55,137 bases of DNA from Planctomycetota bacterium (GTDB lineage: Bacteria > Planctomycetota > UBA11346), in NCBI GenBank assembly GCA_038213805.1, contig JBBQSO010000030.1:1-55137 (forward strand). The letters run 5' to 3'. This document shows, in pieces, positions 25,875 to 35,465 of this stretch; position 1 is the first letter of the stretch, and each line of letters begins with the position of its first letter. A program made the position numbers and the translations under genes. The notes beneath the pieces were generated by a model. That model was not told the DNA's origin and searched no databases. It worked only from the letters and a program-made list of their open reading frames with translations.

Positions 25875-26123
25875 TCAGCCCCGAGCCGCACGCCCGGCGC
25901 GCTCCTCGGCGCACGTCCGCAACGCCTCTTCGCGGCGCAGGCGGCGCAGCTGGGATTCATCCGCGCGCGGATGCTGCTCGCGCAGGCGCTGCTCCCGCGC
26001 AGCCAGGGCGAAGACGATGGCGTTCTCGACCAGACGCCAGCGCTCCGCGGGCTCCATGCGGTTCCAGATGGCGAATTGGCGAGCCCGACCCGGGTCCATA
26101 GGCTGCAGCATAGCAGGTGGCAT
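25875..26123 (-). CDS. Small putative antitoxin (MenA1-like)
   Basis: About 80-aa helical protein 'AERWRL...RLREQHPRADESQL'; stop 2 nt before the NTase ATG. Start may be 26123, 26111 or 26099. Confidence 0.65.
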   Translation of the reverse strand: MPPAMLQPMDPGRARQFAIWNRMEPAERWRLVENAIVFALAAREQRLREQHPRADESQLRRLRREEALRTCAEERAGRAARG

Positions 26124-26142
26124 TGACCACGCCAGCCGCCCC

Positions 26143-27492
<1,350 letters not shown>

Positions 27493-27501
27493 GGGCTCTG
27501 G

Positions 27502-27538
27502 GTCCGGAAGTCCGGAAGTCCGGAAGTCCGGAAGTCCG
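27502..27538. repeat. Octamer tandem repeat (GTCCGGAA)x4.6 immediately upstream of accC
   Basis: Read directly; each unit contains the palindrome TCCGGA. Confidence 0.9.
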
Positions 27539-27615
27539 TGCGGGTTGGGCGCGGGGGTCGTGGGCTGGGGGAGCGGCCTCCGGGAGAGCCCTGAGGGATA
27601 CGCCCCGCCTGTTGG

Positions 27616-28053
27616 CTAGCCGACCAGAAACAGAATGGTGCCATACTCGACGGCCTGGCCATCGCTCACGCACACCTTCTTGATGGTGCCCTTGATGCCG
27701 GCGTCGGGCTTGATCTCGTTGAACACCTTCATCGCCTCGATCAGGCACACCACCTTGGTCTCGTCGACCGGGGTGCCGACACCGACGAACGTGGCGGCGT
27801 CGGGATTCGGCTTCAGGTACATGGTGCCTGGGATTGGCGAGATGACCTGCTTGCAGCCGGCGAACTCGTCGACCGGGGCGGCGACGGGCGCAGCGGCCAC
27901 CGGGGCGGCGGCGCTGGGGGCGGCGACGAACTGGGCGATCGGAGCGCTGGCCTTCTTGAGCTTGACCTTGAGGTCTGCGGATTCGACCTCGATCTCGACG
28001 AGGTCGTTCTCACGCATCAACCGGGTGAGTTCCTTGAGCGTCTTGATGTCCAT
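27616..28053 (-). CDS. accB: Biotin carboxyl carrier protein
   Basis: 'MDIKTLKEL', Ala/Pro linker, 'SPIPGT.Y', biotinylation motif 'EAMKVFNEI'. Confidence 0.95.
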   Translation of the reverse strand: MDIKTLKELTRLMRENDLVEIEVESADLKVKLKKASAPIAQFVAAPSAAAPVAAAPVAAPVDEFAGCKQVISPIPGTMYLKPNPDAATFVGVGTPVDETKVVCLIEAMKVFNEIKPDAGIKGTIKKVCVSDGQAVEYGTILFLVG

Positions 28054-28164
28054 GGTTGGGATGGTCTCCGGACCGGTTGTGATTCGGGGCGGGGCGTGGC
28101 CTGACCACCATCCCCGCACGCGCGCCCCCCGCTCTCCAAGGGCTTGGGATGGCGGCGGGCGGCC

Positions 28165-28192
28165 ACACTAGGTCGCCGACCACCCGAGTCAA
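28165..28192 (-). promoter_or_regulatory. Putative sigma70 promoter for accBC
   Basis: Minus strand TTGACT-N16-TAGTGT, about 110 nt upstream of accB. Confidence 0.45.
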
Positions 28193-28272
28193 TCGCACCG
28201 ACCGGTGCAATGGATGCAAGATTCTTATGTGACACGCCTTGAGCCAACTCGACAGAACCCAGACCGAGCCAC

Positions 28273-29247
28273 TTACCCCGCCTTGAAGCGGCGCGCCTGC
28301 GCCAGGGTGAAGGTACTGCACTCGTCCTGTACCGGCAGGGGATCGACCCCCACGGTGGGATCCGCATGGGGATGGTCGAGGTGGATCATCACCGACCCGC
28401 GCGCTCCGAGACGGGCAAGAATGTGCCGTTCCAGGGCCTCGGCCGAGTCATGGGCGTTGGCGACGCTCCACTGGCTGGGCACCACTAGGTGGAATTCCAC
28501 GAACGTCGCGTCGCCGCTGCTGCGCAGACGCAGGTTGTGCACGTCCCGCCAGGCCGGATCGCGGATCTCGTTGATCGCCTCGACCACCCGCGCCATGGCC
28601 TGGGGATCGACCTCGTCCAGCAGCCCACCCACCGCCTGGCGCATCAGCCGCGCGCCCACCGTCATGATGTACAGGGCCAGCAGGATGGCGACCACGCCGT
28701 CGGTCCACACCCGCGCCGGGCCGGGCGGCAACAGCCACAGCAGCACCACCCCGACCACCACCCCGAGGCTGGTCCAGACGTCGCTCAGCACATGCTGGCC
28801 GTCCGCGACCAGGATCGCCGATTTGGTCCGCCGGCCGACACTGACCAGCCACGCGCCCAGCGCCAGGTTGATGAGCGCGGCGACCACGATGAGCAGGAAA
28901 CCCAGGTCGACCGCGCCAGGCTGGCGGCCGTGCACCAGGCCCAGCACCGCCTCCCAGATGATCGCCAGGCCGGCCAGGGCGATGGCGCCGCCCTCGAAGC
29001 CGATCGACAGGAACTCGGCCTTGCCGTGACCATAGGGATGCTCGTGGTCGGGCGGCGCGGCCGCGAAGCGCAGGCACCAGAACATGAAGCCCACCGCCGC
29101 CACGTGGACCACCGACTCCAGGGCGTCCGAAAGGATGGTCGCGGAGCCGGTGATGAGATAAGCCCCCATCTTCAGTCCCAGCATCAGGATCCCGATGAGC
29201 AGGCTGAGCAGGCCGGCGCGCAGGCGTTGGGAGAGGACCGCTTCCAT
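28273..29247 (-). CDS. Cation diffusion facilitator family transporter (FieF-like)
   Basis: 'SDALES', 'PPDHEHPYGHGKAE', 'ADGQHVLSD', C-terminal dimerisation domain 'HNLRLR...EFH'. Confidence 0.92.
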   Translation of the reverse strand: MEAVLSQRLRAGLLSLLIGILMLGLKMGAYLITGSATILSDALESVVHVAAVGFMFWCLRFAAAPPDHEHPYGHGKAEFLSIGFEGGAIALAGLAIIWEAVLGLVHGRQPGAVDLGFLLIVVAALINLALGAWLVSVGRRTKSAILVADGQHVLSDVWTSLGVVVGVVLLWLLPPGPARVWTDGVVAILLALYIMTVGARLMRQAVGGLLDEVDPQAMARVVEAINEIRDPAWRDVHNLRLRSSGDATFVEFHLVVPSQWSVANAHDSAEALERHILARLGARGSVMIHLDHPHADPTVGVDPLPVQDECSTFTLAQARRFKAG

Positions 29248-29334
29248 GGCGGGCAGGGTACCGGGCAGCCCTCCGCCCGCCATGGTGCTCCCCCACTGTC
29301 CCCCTCCCGCAGGCAAGGGTTGCCCCGCTCACGA

Positions 29335-29363
29335 TTGACTGACTCTCCTGCCATCGCTAAACC
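29335..29363 (+). promoter_or_regulatory. Putative sigma70 promoter upstream of rny
   Basis: TTGACT-N17-TAAACC. Confidence 0.5.
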
Positions 29364-29369
29364 CAACAC

Positions 29370-29601
29370 TGATCCGCTGCGCGTATTGGCAGCATCCCCC
29401 TGAACACACTAATCGAGGTTGGTCGCGACTGGTCGCCAGTCTTCCTGCTGTCCCTATTTCCTTGTCCGATAACGCTTTCGCTCGCCACTTCCGCCATCAC
29501 CCGCCTACCCACCGTGGAGCACCGTCCCGTCCAGCGCCGAGCCCGAGCCTGCAAAGAAATAGGTCCAGCCCAGACCACCCTCGTCCACACCCGAGGTCTC
29601 C
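29370..29601 (+). ncRNA. Structured leader RNA upstream of rny (possible 6S-like RNA or autoregulatory 5'UTR)
   Basis: Hairpins GCTGC/GCAGC and GACTGG/CCAGTC; long-range helix 29447-29464 with 29552-29569; position matches the recurrent ssrS-rny synteny. Confidence 0.3.
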
Positions 29602-31305
29602 ATGGGCCTTCTTCCCGCGTCCCTGCTGGCGCTGGCGGCCTTCGCCGTCGGCGCCGCTCTCGCCGCATTCCTGGTCTCATTCGTCACGCGCACCCGCCAC
29701 GCCACCGCCCTCGCCACCGCGCAGTCCCGTCTCGCCGCTGAACAATCCAGACTGGCGGGCGAACACGCCCGACAGGCCGCTGCGCTTGAGACCAGCACCC
29801 AAGAGCAGCTCGCGCGTGGCCGCGCCACCCTCGAGGAGGGTCTCGCCCAGGACCGTGCGCGCCTGGCCCAGGAACGTGCCCGCGCCGACCAGGAGCGCAG
29901 CGCCGACGAGGCCGCCGCCCAGGCGCGCCGCGCCGATCTGGCCGAGCGTAGCCAGCGCACCGACCACCGCGATGCCAAGCTCGCCGAGCGCGAGGTCCAC
30001 CTCCAGCGCATGCTTGAGGGCGTGGACACGCGCGACGCCAAGCTGCGCGAGCTGGACGCCGGTCTGGCCGGGCGCGAGCAGGAGCTGATCGCACGCGAAG
30101 CGCGCCGCACCCAGGAGCTGGCCGAGCGCCTCGCCGCGGTCGAAGCCCGTCGCGGCGAGATCGAGCAGCGCCTGACCGCAATCGCCGGCATGACCGCCGA
30201 AGAGGCCAAGGCCGAACTGCTGCGCCGCCTCGACAGCGAGCTGGTGAGCGAGCAGAACGAACGCATCGCCCGCGCTGAGAAGGACTACACCGCGCGCGCC
30301 AAGGAGCTCGGCATCGAGATCGTCGGTCGCGCCATCCAGCGCTACGCCGCCGAGCACACCGCCGAGACCACCGTCACCAAGATCAAGCTCGCTGACGAGG
30401 AGATGAAAGGTCGCATCATCGGCAAGGAAGGACGCAACATCAAGGCGTTCGAACAGGCCACCGGCGTCGACCTGATCATCGACGAGACCCCGGGCACCAT
30501 CACCATCAGCTGCTTTTCTGGCCTGCGCCGCGAAATGGCACGGCGCAGCCTCGAACTGCTGCTGGAGGACGGCCGCGTCCACCCCGGCCGCATCGAAGAG
30601 GTCATGGTCAAGGTCCAGCAGGACATGGACCGCGAGGTCATCAAGCTCGGCGAGGACGCCGCCTTCGCCTGCGACGTCTCGGGCCTGCACCCGCAGCTCA
30701 TCCGCCTGCTCGGCAAGCTGCAGTGGCGCACCAGCTATGGTCAGAACGTGCTCAAGCACACCCAGGAAGTTGCCTTCCTGTGCGGCACCATGGCAGCCGA
30801 TCTCGGCCTCGATCCCAAGCTTGGGCGGCGCTGCGGGCTGATGCACGACATCGGCAAGGCCATCGACCATGAACAGGAAGGCAGCCACCCCGAACTCGGC
30901 TACGAGGCGCTCAAGCGCTATGGAGAGTCGGAGATCGTCGCCAACGCCGCGCTCGCGCACCACGAGGGGCACGCGGTGCTCTCGGCCTACACCGTGCTCG
31001 CCGCCGCCGCCGACGCGATCAGCGCCGCGCGTCCGGGCGCGCGCAGCAAGAACATCGAGGGCTACATCAAGCGCCTTGAGCAGATCGAGGATATCGCCTG
31101 CAGCTACCACGGGGTGCAGAAGGCCTACGCCATCCAGGCCGGGCGCGAGCTGCGCGTGATCGTCAGCGGCAAGGATGTCCCCGATCTTGAGCTGCCCAAA
31201 CTCGCGCGCGACATCGCGCGACGCATCGAGGACGAGGTCGCGTATCCGGGCGAAGTGAAAGTGACGATCATCCGCGAGATGCGCCACTACGCGGTGGCGC
31301 GGTGA
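29602..31305 (+). CDS. rny: Ribonuclease Y
   Basis: N-terminal TM, coiled coil, KH 'MKGRIIGKEGRNI', 'RTSYGQNVL.H', HD 'LMHDIGKA', 'ADAISAARPGAR', 'AIQAGRELRV'. Confidence 0.96.
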   Translation: MGLLPASLLALAAFAVGAALAAFLVSFVTRTRHATALATAQSRLAAEQSRLAGEHARQAAALETSTQEQLARGRATLEEGLAQDRARLAQERARADQERSADEAAAQARRADLAERSQRTDHRDAKLAEREVHLQRMLEGVDTRDAKLRELDAGLAGREQELIAREARRTQELAERLAAVEARRGEIEQRLTAIAGMTAEEAKAELLRRLDSELVSEQNERIARAEKDYTARAKELGIEIVGRAIQRYAAEHTAETTVTKIKLADEEMKGRIIGKEGRNIKAFEQATGVDLIIDETPGTITISCFSGLRREMARRSLELLLEDGRVHPGRIEEVMVKVQQDMDREVIKLGEDAAFACDVSGLHPQLIRLLGKLQWRTSYGQNVLKHTQEVAFLCGTMAADLGLDPKLGRRCGLMHDIGKAIDHEQEGSHPELGYEALKRYGESEIVANAALAHHEGHAVLSAYTVLAAAADAISAARPGARSKNIEGYIKRLEQIEDIACSYHGVQKAYAIQAGRELRVIVSGKDVPDLELPKLARDIARRIEDEVAYPGEVKVTIIREMRHYAVAR

Positions 31306-31350
31306 ACGCCCCCCTCGCGCTCCGCCCCCTGCCCACATGATCACCAGCGC

Positions 31351-32715
31351 ATGACCCTGCCTGCCGCCATCTCCGCGTGCACCGCCGCGCTCGCTCTCGC
31401 CGGCCTGCAGCGTGATGGCCAGGCCTGGGCGGTGGTCGCGTGGCCGTGCGCGCTGCCGGAAGACCCCACCGCCGCCTTCGCCGCGAGCCGCGCCCGACGC
31501 ACCCTGCTGTGGCACGCCGGGGAGTGGCTGCTCGGCGAGGGTGAGGCGGCGCTGGTCACGTGCGACGGGCCGGGCCGCGGCAGTCACCTCGCGGTCGCGG
31601 CCGCGCGCCTGGAGTGCCGGACGGCGATCGCGGTGGCGGACGGCGCGGGCGCGCCGCCGCCAGCGCTCCCGGCCTTCCTCACCGCCTTCAGCTTTGAAGA
31701 CCGCCCGCCCGGACCCGGGCCGTGGGGACGTCACCTGCCCGGCGCGAGCCTGTGGCTGCCGCGGCGGCTGCGCTGGCGGCGCGCGGACGGCCAGGGCTGG
31801 ACCATCGCCGCGCTGCGCGTCGGCGCCGCGGACGGCTCGGCCGCAGCCCTGGCCGACCGCCTGCTCGCAGAGCCGGAGCCGTTCGCACCGGGGCCAGCGG
31901 CGCCCTGGCCCGAGCCCAGTCGCGACTACCCCGAACAGGTCGAGGATGCGGTCTCGCTGATCCGCGACGGGGCGATGCGCAAGGTGGTGCTGGCGCGCGC
32001 CGTCGACGAGGCCGTGCCCGCCGGCACCACGCCCGCGACGGTGCTGGCCACGCTGCGTCGCCAGGACGCCGGCGACAGCACCATCTACGCACACGACAAC
32101 GACGACGGCGGGGTGTTCCTCGGTGCCACTCCCGAACTGCTGTTCAGTGCGAGCGGCCGCCGCGCCACCACCATGGCGCTCGCCGGCACCGTCGCGCGTG
32201 GCGCCAGCGACGATAACGATGCGGTCGCTGCGCTGATCGCCGGCACCAAGGAGCGCAAGGAGCACGGCGTCGTCGTCGAGCACCTGGTCGCGGTGCTGCG
32301 CGCGCGCTGCGCGCCCTTCCCGGTGCCGTCGGCGCCGCGGCCACGCGTGCTCGCGCGCATCATCCACCTCGAGACCCTGCTCAGCGCCGATCTCCACCAT
32401 CCGGACTATCTCGAACTGCTCGCCGCCCTGCAGCCCACGCCCGCGGTGTGCGGATTGCCCAGCGCCACCGCCGCGCATTACATCGCCCGCCACGAGCGCC
32501 TGCAGCGCGGCCTGTACGCCGGCGCGCTCGGCTGGCTGACGCCCGACGCCGCGCGCGTGGTGGTGCCGCTGCGCGGGGGCATCCTCGCTCAGGGACGCGC
32601 CCGCCTGTTCGCCGGATGCGGCATCATCGAGACCTCGGAACCGCAGGAGGAGCTTGCGGAGAGCGAGTGGAAGCTGGCGGTGATGCGGCGGGCGCTGGGT
32701 ATCAGCGCGGCGTGA
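31351..32715 (+). CDS. menF: Isochorismate synthase
   Basis: 'KVVLAR', 'FLGATPELL', 'ALAGT', 'KE..EH', 'PTPAVCG', 'RGLYAG', 'FAGCGI'; upstream of menD. Confidence 0.88.
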   Translation: MTLPAAISACTAALALAGLQRDGQAWAVVAWPCALPEDPTAAFAASRARRTLLWHAGEWLLGEGEAALVTCDGPGRGSHLAVAAARLECRTAIAVADGAGAPPPALPAFLTAFSFEDRPPGPGPWGRHLPGASLWLPRRLRWRRADGQGWTIAALRVGAADGSAAALADRLLAEPEPFAPGPAAPWPEPSRDYPEQVEDAVSLIRDGAMRKVVLARAVDEAVPAGTTPATVLATLRRQDAGDSTIYAHDNDDGGVFLGATPELLFSASGRRATTMALAGTVARGASDDNDAVAALIAGTKERKEHGVVVEHLVAVLRARCAPFPVPSAPRPRVLARIIHLETLLSADLHHPDYLELLAALQPTPAVCGLPSATAAHYIARHERLQRGLYAGALGWLTPDAARVVVPLRGGILAQGRARLFAGCGIIETSEPQEELAESEWKLAVMRRALGISAA

Positions 32716-32890
32716 GGGCGCTGGCGGAGAGTCTGCGTGGCTGCGGGTAGCGCGCCGCCAGACACCAACGCCCACGCCTGCGCTCGTTCCTGCTGTGCCG
32801 CCCGTGGCCCGGATCGGTCCCATGCGCATCGGACACCCGACCCGGTCTTCCCCTGGCCACCCGGCCAAGTCCTGGAATCATGGCTGCACC

Positions 32891-34639
32891 GTGACCGCCG
32901 ACCCCAACCTCAACGCGCGCTGGTGCCGCTGCTTGGCCGAAGAGCTGGCGCGGGGCGGGACCGCGCGCGTGGTGCTCAGTCCGGGCAGCCGCAACAGCCC
33001 TCTGCTCGCGGCGCTGAACGCGGAATTCCCCGGACGCTGCGTGGTGCATGTCGACGAGCGCAGCGCCGGCTTCATCGCGCTCGGTCTGGCCAAGGCGCTG
33101 GACGCGCCGGTGGCGCTGTGCGTGACCTCGGGCAGCGCGGTCGCCAACCTGCTGCCGGCGATCGCCGAGGCGCACGCCGCGGGCGTGCCGCTGCTCGTGG
33201 TCAGTGCCGATCGCCCGTGGGACGCGCAGGGTTGCGCCGCGCCGCAGACCATGGCGCAAACGGGCCTGTTCGCGCGCTTCGTCACCGCCGAGGTCGCGCT
33301 TGGCGAGCCCGCCGATGACGACGTCGCCCTGCGCGCCCTGCGCGCGCGCGTCGCCTGGCTGGTGCAGGGCGCGCGCCTGGGGCGCCGGCCGGCGCACCTC
33401 AACGTGCCGCTGCGCGAACCGCTGGCACCGCTGCCCGACCCGGCCTGGCAGCCACGCGCAGTGGGCGGCGAGGCGCTGCACGGGCGCGCGGATGGTCGGC
33501 CCTATGTGCAGCTCGCCGCTGAGGCGGTGCGCGGAGGCGCTGACGCGGTCGCGGCGTGGCGCGCGCTGCTCGGCAGCCTGCCGCTGGCGCCGCGCGGCCT
33601 GATCGTCGCGGGACCTGACTGCCCGCTGTCCGCGGCAGCGGTGCAGACGCTGGCCGCGGCGACGCGTTTCCCGGTGCTCGCCGATGCGCCGGGCACGCTG
33701 CGCGATGGTGTCAGCGATGGCCTGGTCACCACCCTCGACGCGCTTGCCGGCGGACCACTCGGCGCCACCCAGGCCGACCTGATCATCCAGCTTGGCCCGG
33801 CGCCCCTTGCGCGCGCCGCCTTCGAGTGGCTCGACCGCCAACGCTGCGCGTGGCTGGTGCTGACCGCCGACGCGCGCGATCAGGATTTCCTGCACCGCGC
33901 GCACGCCGCGGCGGTGGTGCCGCCGGACGACGGTTTGTCCGCCCTGGCCACGGCCTGCGGCCACGGCGACGAGGGTTGGCGCCAACGCTGGTTGGACGCC
34001 GACGCCGCGGCGCGGCGCGCGCTCAGCACCGCCCTCGTCAGCGAGCCGTGGGGCGAGCCGCTCGCCGCCGCGCTCGCGGTGAATCACCCCGGTTTCGCGC
34101 TGCTTCACCTCGCTTCGAGCATGGCGGTCCGCCACGGCAACGTGCACTGCCAGCCGACCCGACCCGGCCGGCGCATCCACGCCAACCGCGGGCTGAACGG
34201 CATCGATGGCACGCTCGGCACCTTCCTTGGCGAACTCGCCGCCCACCCGGACGGCAACGGGCTCCTGCTGTGTGGCGACCTCGCCTTCCTCCACGACCTA
34301 CCGGCGTTGGCTGCGGCCGGCAGCTTGCGCGGCCGTGGTGCGATCGTGGTGCTGAACAACGATGGCGGCGGCATCTTCGACTTCCTGGCGGTCGCACGCA
34401 TGCCAGCCTACCACGAACTGGTGCGCACCCCGCACGGCCGCGACCTGACCGCCGCCGCCGCGCAATTCGGTCTTACCTACCGCCAGGTAGCGACGCGCCA
34501 GGCGCTTGCCGAGGCCCTCGCCGCGGCCGCCACGGGCCCCGGCCTGACCCTGATCGAGTGCACGGTGACGCCAGGGGCGGCCGTGGAGCGCCACCGGGCC
34601 CTGCTGCTGGGCATGGCCACGGCCGCCAACGGCGCCTGA
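32891..34639 (+). CDS. menD: SEPHCHC synthase (ThDP-dependent)
   Basis: 'SPGSRNSPL', 'DERSAGFIALG', 'TSGSAVANL', 'ADRP', 'HLNVPLREPL', 'NRGLNGIDG', 'GDLAFLHD', 'NNDGGGIF'. Confidence 0.94.
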   Translation: MTADPNLNARWCRCLAEELARGGTARVVLSPGSRNSPLLAALNAEFPGRCVVHVDERSAGFIALGLAKALDAPVALCVTSGSAVANLLPAIAEAHAAGVPLLVVSADRPWDAQGCAAPQTMAQTGLFARFVTAEVALGEPADDDVALRALRARVAWLVQGARLGRRPAHLNVPLREPLAPLPDPAWQPRAVGGEALHGRADGRPYVQLAAEAVRGGADAVAAWRALLGSLPLAPRGLIVAGPDCPLSAAAVQTLAAATRFPVLADAPGTLRDGVSDGLVTTLDALAGGPLGATQADLIIQLGPAPLARAAFEWLDRQRCAWLVLTADARDQDFLHRAHAAAVVPPDDGLSALATACGHGDEGWRQRWLDADAAARRALSTALVSEPWGEPLAAALAVNHPGFALLHLASSMAVRHGNVHCQPTRPGRRIHANRGLNGIDGTLGTFLGELAAHPDGNGLLLCGDLAFLHDLPALAAAGSLRGRGAIVVLNNDGGGIFDFLAVARMPAYHELVRTPHGRDLTAAAAQFGLTYRQVATRQALAEALAAAATGPGLTLIECTVTPGAAVERHRALLLGMATAANGA

Positions 34640-34716
34640 GTCCTGTGGTACAATCCCTGTGGCCGCGGGCGGAAACGCCGCCAAGCTGACCAGCACTCCC
34701 GCCGCCCGGACGCCCC

Positions 34717-35337
34717 ATGCGCCACGCTCCCACCACCGCCGGTCTGACCCTTACCGAGATGCTGGTCGCGACCATCGTCTTCCTGGTCGGATTCGTCGCG
34801 GTGTTCGGGCTGTTCCTGGGCGGCATGCGCTTCCGCAAGCTTTCCGAGGACACCACGCGCTCCGCCCTGGCCGCGTCGTGCATCATCGAGGAGATCAAGC
34901 TCGATTCGGGTGGCAGCGCCGTGCCGAATCCGCCCGATGCCTACGTCGGCTGCGGCTTCACCGGCGCGCAGACATCCACCAGCAATGACGGGCCGATCAC
35001 CACCAATCTCGCCCGCCTGTTCGCCTACCCCGCGAGCCCTGGCATCTGGTACCGCGTGATGAGTGCCAAATCGCTCGATCCCACCAATCCCACCAACATC
35101 ACCAACGACAAGTCCACCGTGCTTGAGATGCGCATCCTGGTGATGCCCTACGCGCTCGCCAACGGTGATGATTCCGTCCAGATCAGTGAGGTCGCGAAGC
35201 GCTTGGGCGTCACCACGGCACTCACCGTTCCCGTTGCCAGCGCGAACCTCGAGCAGATCGCCCAGGAACTGGTCAACCGCGGCCTGGCCATCACCACCGA
35301 CGCGGTGATCACGCGTCGCCCGAGCTGGCTGCCGTAG
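34717..35337 (+). CDS. Prepilin-type N-methylation domain protein (minor pilin/pseudopilin-like)
   Basis: 'AG|LTLTEMLVATIVFLVGFVAVFGLF': class III signal peptide with Glu at +5. Confidence 0.8.
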   Translation: MRHAPTTAGLTLTEMLVATIVFLVGFVAVFGLFLGGMRFRKLSEDTTRSALAASCIIEEIKLDSGGSAVPNPPDAYVGCGFTGAQTSTSNDGPITTNLARLFAYPASPGIWYRVMSAKSLDPTNPTNITNDKSTVLEMRILVMPYALANGDDSVQISEVAKRLGVTTALTVPVASANLEQIAQELVNRGLAITTDAVITRRPSWLP

Positions 35338-35341
35338 CCCA

Positions 35342-35462
35342 CCGGGAGAGGCGAGCCCCAGCTCGCCTTGCCTCATTCCCAGCGCCACTCCCCGAACGTG
35401 AATCCCGTACAAGTCCCACGCTAACGGCGGGTCTGAGGCGAGCTGAAGCTCGCCTCTCCCGG
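35342..35462. repeat. REPIN-like inverted pair of GGAG-footed palindromes between convergent genes
   Basis: CCGGGAGAGGCGAGC-cc-AGCTCGCCT (35342-35367) mirrored at 35436-35462; each arm is itself a hairpin. Confidence 0.7.
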
Positions 35463-35465
35463 CCC

